Counted from the first letter of the stretch, positions 8,900 through 18,176 are shown. The stretch is 32,000 bases of DNA from Copranaerobaculum intestinale (GCF_009831105.1 NZ_WUUQ01000001.1:420001-452000); one strand, 5' to 3'. Translations and numbers: made by a program. Notes: generated from the sequence alone by a model not told the origin.

Positions 8900-10474
8900 T
8901 TAAGATGCGATGGTTTCCCATTCGCCTTGCTGTTCAAAATGATTCAAGCGTGATTTTGCCTGTTCGATCAAATCGCTTTGATAGCCCAGAATCTTTAACA
9001 GTGAGATCGCGTTGCGGGTTGTGGTAGGGCCGCGGTGAATTTTGTAATCAAACACCATTTTATCTTTTTCCATTTTTTCCGTAAAATGATAATTTTGATA
9101 ATCCTTTTCCAAAATATGCGTCAGTTCGATATCATGGGTTGCCCCCAGACAAATACAGTTGGACTGGGCAAACTGATGCAAAATGGCTGAGCTGGCAGCG
9201 ATCCGCTCCAGTGTGTTAGTACCGCGCAGGATCTCATCGACCATGCATAAGGCAGGGATATCATCATGGCAAAGCTCCAGCAGCGAATGAAGCGATTTCA
9301 CTTCCGCCACAAAGGTGCTTTCATTTTGAAACAGATCGTCGTGAAGCGTCATAGAGGTTGCGATCTTGAAATAGGAAGCGCGATATTGCTTTGCAAATGC
9401 AAAATGGAAGGATTGAGCGAAAATCGCATTGATGGCAATCATTTTGAGATAGGTAGATTTTCCCGTCGCATTGGAGCCGGTAATCAAACGATTTTCGTGT
9501 ATATCCACATGATTGGAAACAGGATTTTCAAGCAATGGATGGATCATATCTGTCGCGTCGATGAAGCGTCCTTCCTCTGATAGCAATACATTGTCAGATG
9601 CATGTGCATAATCTTGATAGGAAGCGGCAGCGATACAGGCATCAAGCGTACCAATCGTTTGAAAGATATCACGAACGATATCCTGTCGTTCATAGATTGC
9701 TTTAGCGTATTTATCATAGTAAATGGATTCACTTTGAAACAGGAAATTCAGGGTAGAGGAGCTCTTTTCAAAATAATCCAGAGAACGTCTGGCATGTACA
9801 TCGTGCATGGCTTCGCTGAGTTCTTCCAGATGCTTCTTTAATCCGGGTAATCCGGTGAAAGGTTCAGCGGCCAGCTGATGCACTGTTTCAATATGAGAAA
9901 GCATATAAACGAGGGAGTCCATCTCATTCTCGAGCTGTTTATGAAGAATGAAGGATCGAAAAATATTGTAGATCAACAGCACGCCGGCAATGACCGCAAA
10001 TGGCATCGGCATTAAAAATGCGAAAGCGGCAGATATAAACATACTGTAAACAAGTGCGCGAGAGCGGTACTGACGGGAAGAATTACTGTAATCATGCTGG
10101 AACGGCTGTTCTAAATCATCCTCATAGCGTTTGCCGGCTCCATATAAATGATGAATGACTGCATCACGCTCTTCGACTTCGTTACGAGCCCAGTTCATCA
10201 CAGTCAGCCGATGATGCAGGGATTCATTGGATAAGCAAGGCTGTCTGAGCATACCGTACAGCATGAAATCACCTGCTCCGCTGTAAGTCGCGTTCATATT
10301 TCGATAGATTGTATCCAGATCCAGGTCATTCCAAGTAATGTCATCCAGCGTATGCAGGCTTGTATCCAGGAAGGAACGATAATATTTGTGTACAGTTGAT
10401 ATTTCATCATCCTTGATTGGGAAGAGCGGTTCCATTCCAAATCTTCCATCCAGAAACAGAAATTTATTTTTCAT
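8900..10474 (-). CDS. MutS-related ABC ATPase (domain III/V only), membrane-anchored, paralog B
   Basis: Motifs GSNATGKSTYLKMIAIN (Walker A), MVDEILRGTNT (Walker B region), GATHDIELT. N-terminal DDITWNDLDLD followed by a domain-III-like SGAGDFMLYGMLRQP. Central hydrophobic stretch ALVYSMFISAAFAFLMPMPFAVIAGVLLIYNIF. SD GGGAGGTGA. Confidence 0.85.
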   Translation of the reverse strand: MKNKFLFLDGRFGMEPLFPIKDDEISTVHKYYRSFLDTSLHTLDDITWNDLDLDTIYRNMNATYSGAGDFMLYGMLRQPCLSNESLHHRLTVMNWARNEVEERDAVIHHLYGAGKRYEDDLEQPFQHDYSNSSRQYRSRALVYSMFISAAFAFLMPMPFAVIAGVLLIYNIFRSFILHKQLENEMDSLVYMLSHIETVHQLAAEPFTGLPGLKKHLEELSEAMHDVHARRSLDYFEKSSSTLNFLFQSESIYYDKYAKAIYERQDIVRDIFQTIGTLDACIAAASYQDYAHASDNVLLSEEGRFIDATDMIHPLLENPVSNHVDIHENRLITGSNATGKSTYLKMIAINAIFAQSFHFAFAKQYRASYFKIATSMTLHDDLFQNESTFVAEVKSLHSLLELCHDDIPALCMVDEILRGTNTLERIAASSAILHQFAQSNCICLGATHDIELTHILEKDYQNYHFTEKMEKDKMVFDYKIHRGPTTTRNAISLLKILGYQSDLIEQAKSRLNHFEQQGEWETIAS

Positions 10475-12140
10475 ATCCGCTCACCTCCCGCAATTTTTTC
10501 CAAACCCCGTTGGTTTCATAGTATTGAAGCTGTTCTTCTGCTTGCTTGACAACATTGCGGTCAAAATCCAGTCGGGTAAGCAATGCCAGCGCATTACGGC
10601 TGTGTGACGCTCCTTCATGGATATGATAATCAAACTGCATCTGATCATCCTGCAGAGATTCAGTAAAATGACGGTTCTGATAGTGATTAGAAAGGATACG
10701 GGTCAGTTCCAGATCGTGGGTAGCTGCCAGACATAACGCTTGGGAACGGCTCAGTGCCATCAGTACTTCACTCGCCGCCGCAATTCGCTCACCGGTGTTA
10801 GTACCGCGCAGAATTTCATCGATCATGCATAGAATCGGAATTTCATCGTGTATATGATCGAGGATACGCTTGATTGATTTGATTTCCGCAACGAAATAGC
10901 TGTCATTCGTTTCCAGAGAATCCCGCAGTGACATGGATGTATAAATCTGGAAGATGCACGCGCGGTAGGAAGCTGCCAAGGCAAAACCGAAGCTTTGGGC
11001 AAAGATGGTATTGATTGCGATCATTTTCAGGTAAGTTGATTTTCCGGACGCGTTAGAGCCGGATATCAAGATATTCTGATGCAGGTCGACATCATTGGGA
11101 ACGGGATTCTCAAGCAGTGGATGAATCATTGTTTTTGCTTCCAGAATATGATCGCTGACAAATTCTGCCGTACAGGTTTTCGTCAGTGTTTGATAATAGG
11201 AAGCCGTGCTGATCAAAGCATCCATCTCACCGATGATCGTAACGGCGGTTTCGATGTTTTTACGATGCTGAAACAGATGATCGCGAAGCCGATAATACGT
11301 AAATGCTTCACCAAGCAGTGCATTGCCGATAATCAGCAGAAAGAAACCGTCTCCACTGTGGATATCAGGAAATAAGGAACGCTTGATACTTCCTAATGCT
11401 TTTGCGGTTTTCTTCAGTGGGTACTGATCCTGGATAAACGGGGGGAGCGATGCTTTAGAAATTGCCTGCAAAGAGCGGGCATAGCTGTATAGGTATAACG
11501 CAGAGTCAAAATCATCTGCCATATTTTTACGTATGGAATTGGCCAGAAAGCAGTTAATGAAGCCGATTAAAAATGCGTAGGTCAGTATCGGCCAGTAAAA
11601 GATTCCGGCAATCAGAAAGAATACCGGTAGACCGGCTAGGATGTAGACCAGCGGCTGTGAAATCATTTTGACGTTTTTAGGCTTGGTATACAGTGCATCA
11701 ATCGCAATTTCACCTCGGCTGTCAGTCTTAATCAGGGCGCTGCGAATCAGATTTCTTCCGGCTTCATCATTCATTGCCCATTCCAGCATCGCATGGCGTT
11801 GCGTGATGGCAGCAGGATCGTACAGGGGATTTCTAAGCATATGGTAGAGCGCCTGATCACCAGCCGCACTTAAGCATTGATTCATCTGCTGATAAACAAT
11901 ATCCATATCCAGATCATTCCAGGTGATATCGTCTACTTGGAAGGGTTCATAATGTTCCTGCGTCTGTTCTTTTATAAAGGAAAGCTCGTCTTTACTGAAA
12001 GAACCTGAGGAGGAATGTTCGCCCCAATTTTGAAAAACGGCGGTTTGCTGCTGATGCTTGCTCCAGAAATGATAGATGGTATAGATAACCTCTATACCAA
12101 CCAAAACTCCTAAAGTTACGACTACGGCTGTAAAATCCAT
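10464..12140 (-). CDS. MutS-related ABC ATPase (domain III/V only), membrane-anchored, paralog A
   Basis: I prefer the ATG at 12140 (SD GGAAGGTGA) over 12221. N-terminal helix MDFTAVVVTLGVLVGIEVIYTIYHFW. Motifs DDITWNDLDMD, GSNASGKSTYLKMIAIN, MIDEILRGTNT, AATHDLELT. Central hydrophobic stretch PLVYILAGLPVFFLIAGIFYWPILTYAFLIGFINCFL. Confidence 0.85.
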   Translation of the reverse strand: MDFTAVVVTLGVLVGIEVIYTIYHFWSKHQQQTAVFQNWGEHSSSGSFSKDELSFIKEQTQEHYEPFQVDDITWNDLDMDIVYQQMNQCLSAAGDQALYHMLRNPLYDPAAITQRHAMLEWAMNDEAGRNLIRSALIKTDSRGEIAIDALYTKPKNVKMISQPLVYILAGLPVFFLIAGIFYWPILTYAFLIGFINCFLANSIRKNMADDFDSALYLYSYARSLQAISKASLPPFIQDQYPLKKTAKALGSIKRSLFPDIHSGDGFFLLIIGNALLGEAFTYYRLRDHLFQHRKNIETAVTIIGEMDALISTASYYQTLTKTCTAEFVSDHILEAKTMIHPLLENPVPNDVDLHQNILISGSNASGKSTYLKMIAINTIFAQSFGFALAASYRACIFQIYTSMSLRDSLETNDSYFVAEIKSIKRILDHIHDEIPILCMIDEILRGTNTGERIAAASEVLMALSRSQALCLAATHDLELTRILSNHYQNRHFTESLQDDQMQFDYHIHEGASHSRNALALLTRLDFDRNVVKQAEEQLQYYETNGVWKKLREVSGYEK

Positions 12141-12162
12141 AAGATCACCTTCCAATGATAAT

Positions 12163-12191
12163 AGAATAAGGAAATATCTGCGCTCTGTCAA
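12163..12191 (-). promoter_or_regulatory. Candidate sigma-A promoter of the MutS-like pair
   Basis: On the minus strand: TTGACA (12191-12186), 17 nt spacer, TATTCT (12168-12163). This is about 20 nt upstream of the SD and ATG at 12140. Confidence 0.5.
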
Positions 12192-12280
12192 CAAGCACCC
12201 TGATAAGGAACTGCTTTTCAATGCATAAACCGTTTTTTTCTGGGTATATTTTCTACATAGCAGATTGCTGGAGGTGTGTT

Positions 12281-12544
12281 ATGCGTTGCATGCGAAAATA
12301 TCAGATAAAGTCTCATCCCTGGCTATGCCGACTGTTGACCCTGGCGGCACTGATAATGCTTGGGCTTACCTGCTATTCGGGATATCAGAAAGCCTACAAA
12401 GATATGATATATTTGGGAATCCTCACCGGCATGCTGTTTCTTTCCGCTTGGATTTGTCATCATCGTAATACGGAAGCTTATAGATTGCAGGATATTCATC
12501 TCTATGATTTGTCAATGGAACTGCGCCGGCAGAAATCAAAATAA
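12281..12544 (+). CDS. Small membrane protein (hypothetical)
   Basis: The ATG at 12281 is preceded by GGAGG. Two hydrophobic helices (LCRLLTLAALIMLGLTCY; LGILTGMLFLSAWICH). No recognisable family. Confidence 0.45.
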   Translation: MRCMRKYQIKSHPWLCRLLTLAALIMLGLTCYSGYQKAYKDMIYLGILTGMLFLSAWICHHRNTEAYRLQDIHLYDLSMELRRQKSK

Positions 12545-12551
12545 ATACTGA

Positions 12552-12576
12552 AAAAGGGTACATCCCTTTTCTTTTT
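12552..12576 (+). terminator. Weak intrinsic terminator
   Basis: AAAAGGG, loop tacat, CCCTTTT, followed by CTTTTT. Confidence 0.4.
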
Positions 12577-12611
12577 GTATTATAATACACGTATTGAATA
12601 GGAGAATTACA

Positions 12612-14474
12612 ATGAGAGATGTTATAGTTATCGGCGGCGGTCATGCTGGAGTAGAAGCAGCATTGGCTTGCGCTCGATTAGGAAAAGATACCGTGTTATA
12701 TACAATGCATATTGATATGATAGCGACTATGCCCTGCAATCCCAGTGTCGGAGGCCCGGCGAAAGGAATTGTTGTACGTGAAATTGATGCTTTGGGGGGC
12801 GAAATGGGAAAAGCTGCAGATGCGACAGCACTGCAGTTTAAGATGCTGAACACGACAAAGGGCCCTGGGGTGCAAAGCCTGCGGGTACAGTCGGACAAAC
12901 TGGCATATGCACGCTACATGCAGGAGGTGCTCCTGCGACAGGAACATCTGGAAGTAAAAGAGATGATGATTGAACAGGTGATTTGTGATAAAGGAAAAGT
13001 GTGCGGGGTCAAGCTTGCTGACGGATTGGTGGAGCGAAGCAAAATTGTCATTATGACGACCGGAACGTTTATGACCAGTAAGGTAATGGTAGGTCATGAT
13101 TTTGTATACAGCGGTCCCGATCAGGAACCGACTACAGTGAATCTGTCACAATCGCTGCGTGATGCCGGACTCAAAACCTTTCGGTTAAAGACAGGTACAC
13201 CGGCGCGGGTGTATACAGACTCTATCGATTTTTCTAAAACTACGGTGCAGCCTGGTACTGATGCATTTGTGTGTTTCTCATATGAAACAAAGAAGATCAA
13301 GCCGTTTGCTGAGCAGGTTCTCTGTTATTTAACCTACACGACTCCCAAAACCCATAAAATTATCCGTGAAAATTTGGAGCGTTCCGCGATGTACTCCGGA
13401 TTGGTAGAGGGCGTTGGTCCTCGCTATTGTCCTTCCATTGAGGATAAACTTGTACGATTTGCTGATAAGGAGCGTCACCAGATTTTTCTGGAACCGGAAA
13501 GCAAGGAACTGGATACAACATATATTCAAGGGTTTTCCACATCCATGCCGCACGATATACAGGATCAGATGCTGCACAGTCTGCCGGGACTGGAAAACTG
13601 CCGCATCAAAAAATATGCATATGCGATCGAGTATGATGCGATCGATCCGCTGCAGTGCAAGCCTTCCCTGGAAAATAAACGGATTGAAAATCTATTTACC
13701 GCGGGACAGATCAACGGTACCAGCGGATATGAGGAAGCCGCAGCCCAGGGGCTGATCGCAGGCATAAATGCAGTGCATAAGCTGAATCATGAAGAACCGC
13801 TGGTGCTGCGCCGAGATGAAGCGTATATTGGGGTTATGATCGACGATCTGGTTACCAAAGGGACGAATGAACCATACCGCCTGCTTACTTCCCGAGCGGA
13901 ATATCGACTGCTGCTGCGCCATGATAACGCAGATGTGCGTTTGACTCAGTACGGATATGAAATCGGATTAATTTCTGATGCACGCTATCAGACCTATTGT
14001 GATAAGCAGCGAGCGGTTGCACAGGACATGGAACGATTAAAACAGGTGAAATTCTCCATTCATTCCGATGTGAATGAGTATATGCAGAAAATCGGATATC
14101 CGCCACTGAGTGAAGGTATGAGTGCTGCTGATCTGCTTCGCCGTCCCCATGTTACAGCGATGGGGCTAAGTCCTTATTTACCATTTGAAATGGATGAAGA
14201 TACTGTTAAGCAGCTGGAGATTGAACTGAAATATGAGGGCTATATCAAAAAAGCACGGCGTGATGCCCAGCATCTTCGTCAGCTAGAAAATGTGAAGCTT
14301 CCGGATGATTTGGATTATCAGGAGGTCATCCATTTATCATTAGAGGCTCGTCAGAAGCTGTCACAAATTCAGCCGCTTACTATGGGTCAGGCTTCCCGTA
14401 TATCCGGGGTCAACCCAGCAGATATCGCAGTACTTTCTATTTATCTGGAACAGCGCAAAAATCATCGGAGCTAA
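12612..14474 (+). CDS. mnmG: tRNA uridine-5-carboxymethylaminomethyl(34) synthesis enzyme MnmG (GidA)
   Basis: FAD-binding N-terminus MRDVIVIGGGHAGVEAALACARLG. Family-typical blocks include MLNTTKGPGVQSLRVQSDK, GPRYCPSIEDK, FTAGQINGTSGYEEAAAQG and SRAEYRLLLRHDNAD. The ATG at 12612 follows AGGAG. Confidence 0.95.
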   Translation: MRDVIVIGGGHAGVEAALACARLGKDTVLYTMHIDMIATMPCNPSVGGPAKGIVVREIDALGGEMGKAADATALQFKMLNTTKGPGVQSLRVQSDKLAYARYMQEVLLRQEHLEVKEMMIEQVICDKGKVCGVKLADGLVERSKIVIMTTGTFMTSKVMVGHDFVYSGPDQEPTTVNLSQSLRDAGLKTFRLKTGTPARVYTDSIDFSKTTVQPGTDAFVCFSYETKKIKPFAEQVLCYLTYTTPKTHKIIRENLERSAMYSGLVEGVGPRYCPSIEDKLVRFADKERHQIFLEPESKELDTTYIQGFSTSMPHDIQDQMLHSLPGLENCRIKKYAYAIEYDAIDPLQCKPSLENKRIENLFTAGQINGTSGYEEAAAQGLIAGINAVHKLNHEEPLVLRRDEAYIGVMIDDLVTKGTNEPYRLLTSRAEYRLLLRHDNADVRLTQYGYEIGLISDARYQTYCDKQRAVAQDMERLKQVKFSIHSDVNEYMQKIGYPPLSEGMSAADLLRRPHVTAMGLSPYLPFEMDEDTVKQLEIELKYEGYIKKARRDAQHLRQLENVKLPDDLDYQEVIHLSLEARQKLSQIQPLTMGQASRISGVNPADIAVLSIYLEQRKNHRS

Positions 14475-14501
14475 AGAATGCATTGTATGCATTCTTTTTT
14501 T
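14473..14501 (+). terminator. Intrinsic terminator of mnmG
   Basis: AAAGAATGCA, loop ttgta, TGCATTCTTT, then a T-run. The hairpin overlaps the stop codon. Confidence 0.75.
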
Positions 14502-14610
14502 GAAATTATGGATGCAGCTAGGTTAAAAACAATATGAATCTGAATAATCAGAGAATCATTTGGAAAGTATAAAAAGAAATCAGGATTCAGGATAAGGAAT
14601 GAGAACAAAA

Positions 14611-14644
14611 AAGCTGTAAAAAAATCACGATTACTCGTGATTTT
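14611..14644 (-). terminator. Intrinsic terminator of the regulator/ArsC-like operon (minus strand)
   Basis: AAAATCACGA, loop ttac, TCGTGATTTT overlaps the stop codon. On the minus-strand RNA it is followed by UUUUUUUAC. Confidence 0.65.
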
Positions 14645-15008
14645 GATAAGAATGATAAAAATTGCTGAGTTTTATAAAGGTTTCCTCACTTAATACATGT
14701 TCTATTTTACAGGCATCTTCCTCTGCCTGTGAAGCTTCTACTTTCAAAACCTCCAACAAAAACCCCCGCAGCGTGCGATGTCGGTTCAGTATATTTTCCG
14801 CCAGTGCTCTGCCATTTTCCGTAAGATGGATGTCACCATAGTTTTCCTGGGAAATAAAACCATATTCTTTCAGAACATTCATAGCTTTATTTACCGAAGG
14901 CTTTGATACATTCATTTTTTTGGCAACATCAACTGAACGGATTTTACCGTTTTCCTCCAGCATCAGCAAGCATTCCAGATAATCTTCCCGTGATTGTCCT
15001 AGTTCCAT
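14631..15008 (-). CDS. DtxR/MntR-family metal-dependent transcriptional regulator
   Basis: N-terminal winged-helix block SREDYLECLLMLEENGKIRSVDVAKKMNVSKPSVNKAMNVLKEYGFI and RHRTLRGFL are typical of the family. At 125 aa it is the short form, without an SH3-like domain. Confidence 0.85.
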   Translation of the reverse strand: MELGQSREDYLECLLMLEENGKIRSVDVAKKMNVSKPSVNKAMNVLKEYGFISQENYGDIHLTENGRALAENILNRHRTLRGFLLEVLKVEASQAEEDACKIEHVLSEETFIKLSNFYHSYQNHE

Positions 15009-15028
15009 AGCTTCACCCCTTTTTATTA

Positions 15029-15400
15029 TTATACAAAATCTTGACCGGAAAAGAAAGCATCGTATTTTTCAGCTGAATATCCGTTGATCATTCTATTTCC
15101 CTGAATCAGTATCGGTCTTTTGATCAGCATACCATTGCTCGACAGCAGCTGCAGCATTTCTTCTTCCCTCATTAAGTCCAGCTTCTCTTTCAGATTCAGC
15201 TGTTTATATACATTTCCGGATGTATTGAATAATTTACGAATGGGAAAGTCATTTTGAGATATCCAGTTTCGCAGCTCATCAGCAGTAGGTACTGCTTCAG
15301 TGATGTGGCGAAATTCATAATCAATAGCATGCGCTTTCAGATATTTTTCCGCATTGCGGCAGGTACTGCACTTCGGATACGCAATAAATATGGTTTTCAT
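15029..15400 (-). CDS. ArsC/Spx-superfamily protein (ArsC-like, CxxC type)
   Basis: YPKCSTCRNAEKYL near the N-terminus. FNTSGNVYKQL and GMLIKRPIL match the ArsC-like family pattern. Confidence 0.8.
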   Translation of the reverse strand: MKTIFIAYPKCSTCRNAEKYLKAHAIDYEFRHITEAVPTADELRNWISQNDFPIRKLFNTSGNVYKQLNLKEKLDLMREEEMLQLLSSNGMLIKRPILIQGNRMINGYSAEKYDAFFSGQDFV

Positions 15401-15535
15401 AACTTCACCTCATGTATAGTGTAGCTGAAAAACAGAAAAAAAGATAATCGTATGCATGAGAAAATTTTTAAATGGCATGAAGGATCTTTGAAAACGTAGT
15501 ATAATATAGGTAACAAAGGTAAGGAGGAATGTCTT

Positions 15536-16165
15536 ATGAAAAAGACGTTGATTACCATCAGCAGACAGTTTGGCAGCGGCGGTCGTGAAATCGGACAGAA
15601 ACTAGCGAAGGAATTGAATATACCGTTTTATGATAAGGAGCTGCTGGAATTGGCCGCAAAAGAAAGCGGCATTGATAAGGAGCTGTTTGAAACCGAGGGC
15701 GAAAGTACCAGCCGCGGATTTCATCTGTTGGCCGCAATGGGCTATACGCTGGGTTCACCAATCACTTCTATTAATGAAATGTCGCTGAACGATCGTATGT
15801 TCTTAGTACAGTCTGAGGTTATTGAGTCAATAGCTATGCAGGGTTCAGCCGTTATTGTCGGGCGTTGCGCAGATTATGTTTTAAAGGATCATCCGGAATG
15901 CATTAATGTGTTTATTCACGCTAACATGCGTTCCCGTATCGAGCGGGCAAGAACTTCTTATGAGGTTGATGGCGATAATCTTGAAAAGGAAATTGAGAAA
16001 ATCGATAAACGCCGTGCGAATTACTATAATTACTATACGGATAAGAAATGGGGCAAGGTTGAGAACTATCATGTTTCCTTAGATTCCAGCCGCTTTGGTG
16101 TTGATGAATGTGTAACCGTTATTAAACAGCTGGTGGAAGCGCAAAATAAAAAATTCGGTAATTAA
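15536..16165 (+). CDS. Cytidylate-kinase-like family protein (AAA/P-loop-like)
   Basis: ITISRQFGSGGREIGQKLAKELNIPFYDKELL is the characteristic N-terminus of the cytidylate_kin2-type family. AAGGAGG SD. Confidence 0.75.
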   Translation: MKKTLITISRQFGSGGREIGQKLAKELNIPFYDKELLELAAKESGIDKELFETEGESTSRGFHLLAAMGYTLGSPITSINEMSLNDRMFLVQSEVIESIAMQGSAVIVGRCADYVLKDHPECINVFIHANMRSRIERARTSYEVDGDNLEKEIEKIDKRRANYYNYYTDKKWGKVENYHVSLDSSRFGVDECVTVIKQLVEAQNKKFGN

Positions 16166-16177
16166 CCGAATTTTTTT
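16148..16177. terminator. Bidirectional terminator overlapping both convergent stop codons
   Basis: AAAAAATTCGGT, loop aatta, ACCGAATTTTTT (12-bp perfect arms). The two CDSs overlap by 4 nt (16162-16165) inside this hairpin. Confidence 0.6.
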
Positions 16178-18063
16178 ATCGAACGATAACTGATAACACA
16201 TAAAATTGATGTTATGGCGGACAAAATCATCACTGATGTCCATGAAATTGGATCAGTAGAATCATATGTGTTGGCTGAAGCTTTTGGGGAATCGGTATAA
16301 ACGATCGCATAGGTTGAGAAACGATCCGTTTCAAATGTTAATGTGTCAGAAGACTGACTGGTCGGAAGAACATCTGCTTTTCCGTCATGGTACCGAATAA
16401 TATAATAGGTTCGATTTGGCTTTATTAACTTCTTCGGAATTGAAATTGATATTTTGATCGGAGCCGGCAGCTCATGGATCGATCCTAATGGTTGTTCATC
16501 AGCCTCGATGTTTAAAGATATATCCAGATATTCGCCAAAGATGATAGTTTGGTTTTTCTGATTGAGCTTTTCTGCTGCTTTTGTAATTGATTTTTTTATA
16601 TCTGAATTGATTGTATTTGCTTTAAGCGGCTTAGCAGCAGGTAATACGGTAATTTTTTTACCAGCGGTAATGGCATTTTGTAAATTGGTTTTCGTAGCGG
16701 GATCCAAGCTGGAATTTGGATCGTTTATAGCCTGATCCAGAAATTGATAAATGATGTTTTTAGAAGCTTGATCTTTGATATTTGAAGATACAGAACCTGA
16801 TGTCGTTTCCTGACCTGGTACATCTAATTGATAGACTTGAATTTGACATTGAGCCTGCGCGGAAGCAGCCACAGCCTTGATGACAGCAGATCCTTTTTTA
16901 TGAGCTGTTATAGTACCGTTTTGATCGACGGATACAATGGAAGGATCACTGGAAGTCCAAGAAATAGTTTCAATCGTATCTGCCGGATCAATTACTGGAG
17001 AAAGGCTTCGTTTTGTATGAACGGAAACAGAAAGGGTTTCTGGCATCGTTATGGATGAAAGCTTTTTACCCACGGTAAACAAACCGTCGGCTTCTTTCAT
17101 GATAGCATTATCGGCTAAATAGGCAGATATATCAGAATTGAATGTACCACCAAGAATATATGGATTTTTACCTGTGATCGGGGCATATTGAACAGCTCCC
17201 TGATCCCCGTAAAAGGAACCTCCATAAATTTCAGTTGTCGCTTCTGCGTTGACTCCACCGTCACCATCGGTATTATCGTTGCCTACACTGACTGCATATT
17301 TAGGACTATAGAAATATCCGCCGTAGATTTCCCCGTGGGCTACATTGTATTCCCCGGCAACATAGAGTGCGTAAAAAGATTTCGGATTATCTTTTTCGGT
17401 CGCAAAGTAACCATCTTTAATTATGATATTTCCGGTGGCATTGGCTACTGCTCCCTGAACACCGGTTACTTTGGCATTATTGATGGTCATTGAGGCAGTT
17501 GGCAAATCCTTATTGGCTATACAGTAAGCAAAGAAAGTAGCACCGCTTGCAGTTTTATCTGTGTTTGATGATGAAGAGTGAAAGGTGCCCTGATTGATGA
17601 TGGCTTTTCCTTTATTATAGACAGCATAGCTGCGTGCTTCAACGGAAGCATCGTCGATCTGAAGATAGCTGTCTGCATTTGCGTTCAAGAAGACCGCCCC
17701 GCCCACTGTTTTTGTTTCATAAGAACCCCCGGCTATATATAAGCTGGCATTGTTGCGGATCAAAATAGTATTGTCAGTTAGAATTTTTCCGGTTGCTTTA
17801 CGATCTTGAATTGTTAATGATCCTTGATTGATTATGGATTTTTCCTGCAGCTGTATCGTATGACCGTTCAAATCCAATATGACTGCATCGGAAGCGGAAA
17901 TTTCGAGATTTTTGTCAGCTGTGATATCAGCCGTGAGGCGATATGATCCAGAACCGTTTATTTGCTGAAGGGATGTGATGTCTGCTGCTGATTTTGCTTC
18001 GGTGCGGGAAAGGAAGCAAAAGCACAAACTTAGTGAAAGAAATACGGATAAAAATTTTTTCAT
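16162..18063 (-). CDS. Secreted/cell-surface protein with beta-helix-like repeats, a Big_2 domain and a C-terminal membrane anchor
   Basis: Signal peptide MKKFLSVFLSLSLCFCFLSRTEA. Repetitive G/N/A-rich segments. Big_2-like block TISWTSSDPSIVSVDQNGTITAHKKGSAVIKAVA. C-terminal helix WTSVMILSAITSILCVISY followed by RSIKK. I see no LPXTG motif. Confidence 0.75.
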   Translation of the reverse strand: MKKFLSVFLSLSLCFCFLSRTEAKSAADITSLQQINGSGSYRLTADITADKNLEISASDAVILDLNGHTIQLQEKSIINQGSLTIQDRKATGKILTDNTILIRNNASLYIAGGSYETKTVGGAVFLNANADSYLQIDDASVEARSYAVYNKGKAIINQGTFHSSSSNTDKTASGATFFAYCIANKDLPTASMTINNAKVTGVQGAVANATGNIIIKDGYFATEKDNPKSFYALYVAGEYNVAHGEIYGGYFYSPKYAVSVGNDNTDGDGGVNAEATTEIYGGSFYGDQGAVQYAPITGKNPYILGGTFNSDISAYLADNAIMKEADGLFTVGKKLSSITMPETLSVSVHTKRSLSPVIDPADTIETISWTSSDPSIVSVDQNGTITAHKKGSAVIKAVAASAQAQCQIQVYQLDVPGQETTSGSVSSNIKDQASKNIIYQFLDQAINDPNSSLDPATKTNLQNAITAGKKITVLPAAKPLKANTINSDIKKSITKAAEKLNQKNQTIIFGEYLDISLNIEADEQPLGSIHELPAPIKISISIPKKLIKPNRTYYIIRYHDGKADVLPTSQSSDTLTFETDRFSTYAIVYTDSPKASANTYDSTDPISWTSVMILSAITSILCVISYRSIKKFG

Positions 18064-18145
18064 AAATGATCCTCCATTCTCGTCATTTTGTTTGAAATTG
18101 TCTACTTAAGGAAATATCAATTTATGATTGGGTAAAGTGTTTTTA

Positions 18146-18154
18146 TGCTATAAT
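18146..18154 (+). promoter_or_regulatory. Extended -10 element (TGcTATAAT), upstream copy
   Basis: TGCTATAAT at 18146-18154. What it drives is unclear (see findings). Confidence 0.35.
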
Positions 18155-18176
18155 ATGGGTGTCTGAATTTGATTAT

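Noticed and set aside
12696-13097. 133-aa minus-strand ORF and other ORFs (12641-12898, 13414-13755, 13329-13577) inside mnmG
   Set aside because: They are nested in or antisense to a highly conserved housekeeping gene and have no supporting signals.
12612-14474. mnmG occurs without its usual neighbours (mnmE, rsmG, origin-proximal genes)
   Set aside because: Gene order around mnmG varies among Firmicutes, and a solitary mnmG is not evidence of anything unusual. It has a normal promoter and terminator.
14504-14610. About 110-nt spacer between two convergent terminators containing a tandem TCAGGAT-TCAGGAT (14580-14593) and several GAATC/AATCA repeats
   Set aside because: The repeats are too short and few, and there is no promoter, hairpin or ORF context. 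I cannot support any feature here.
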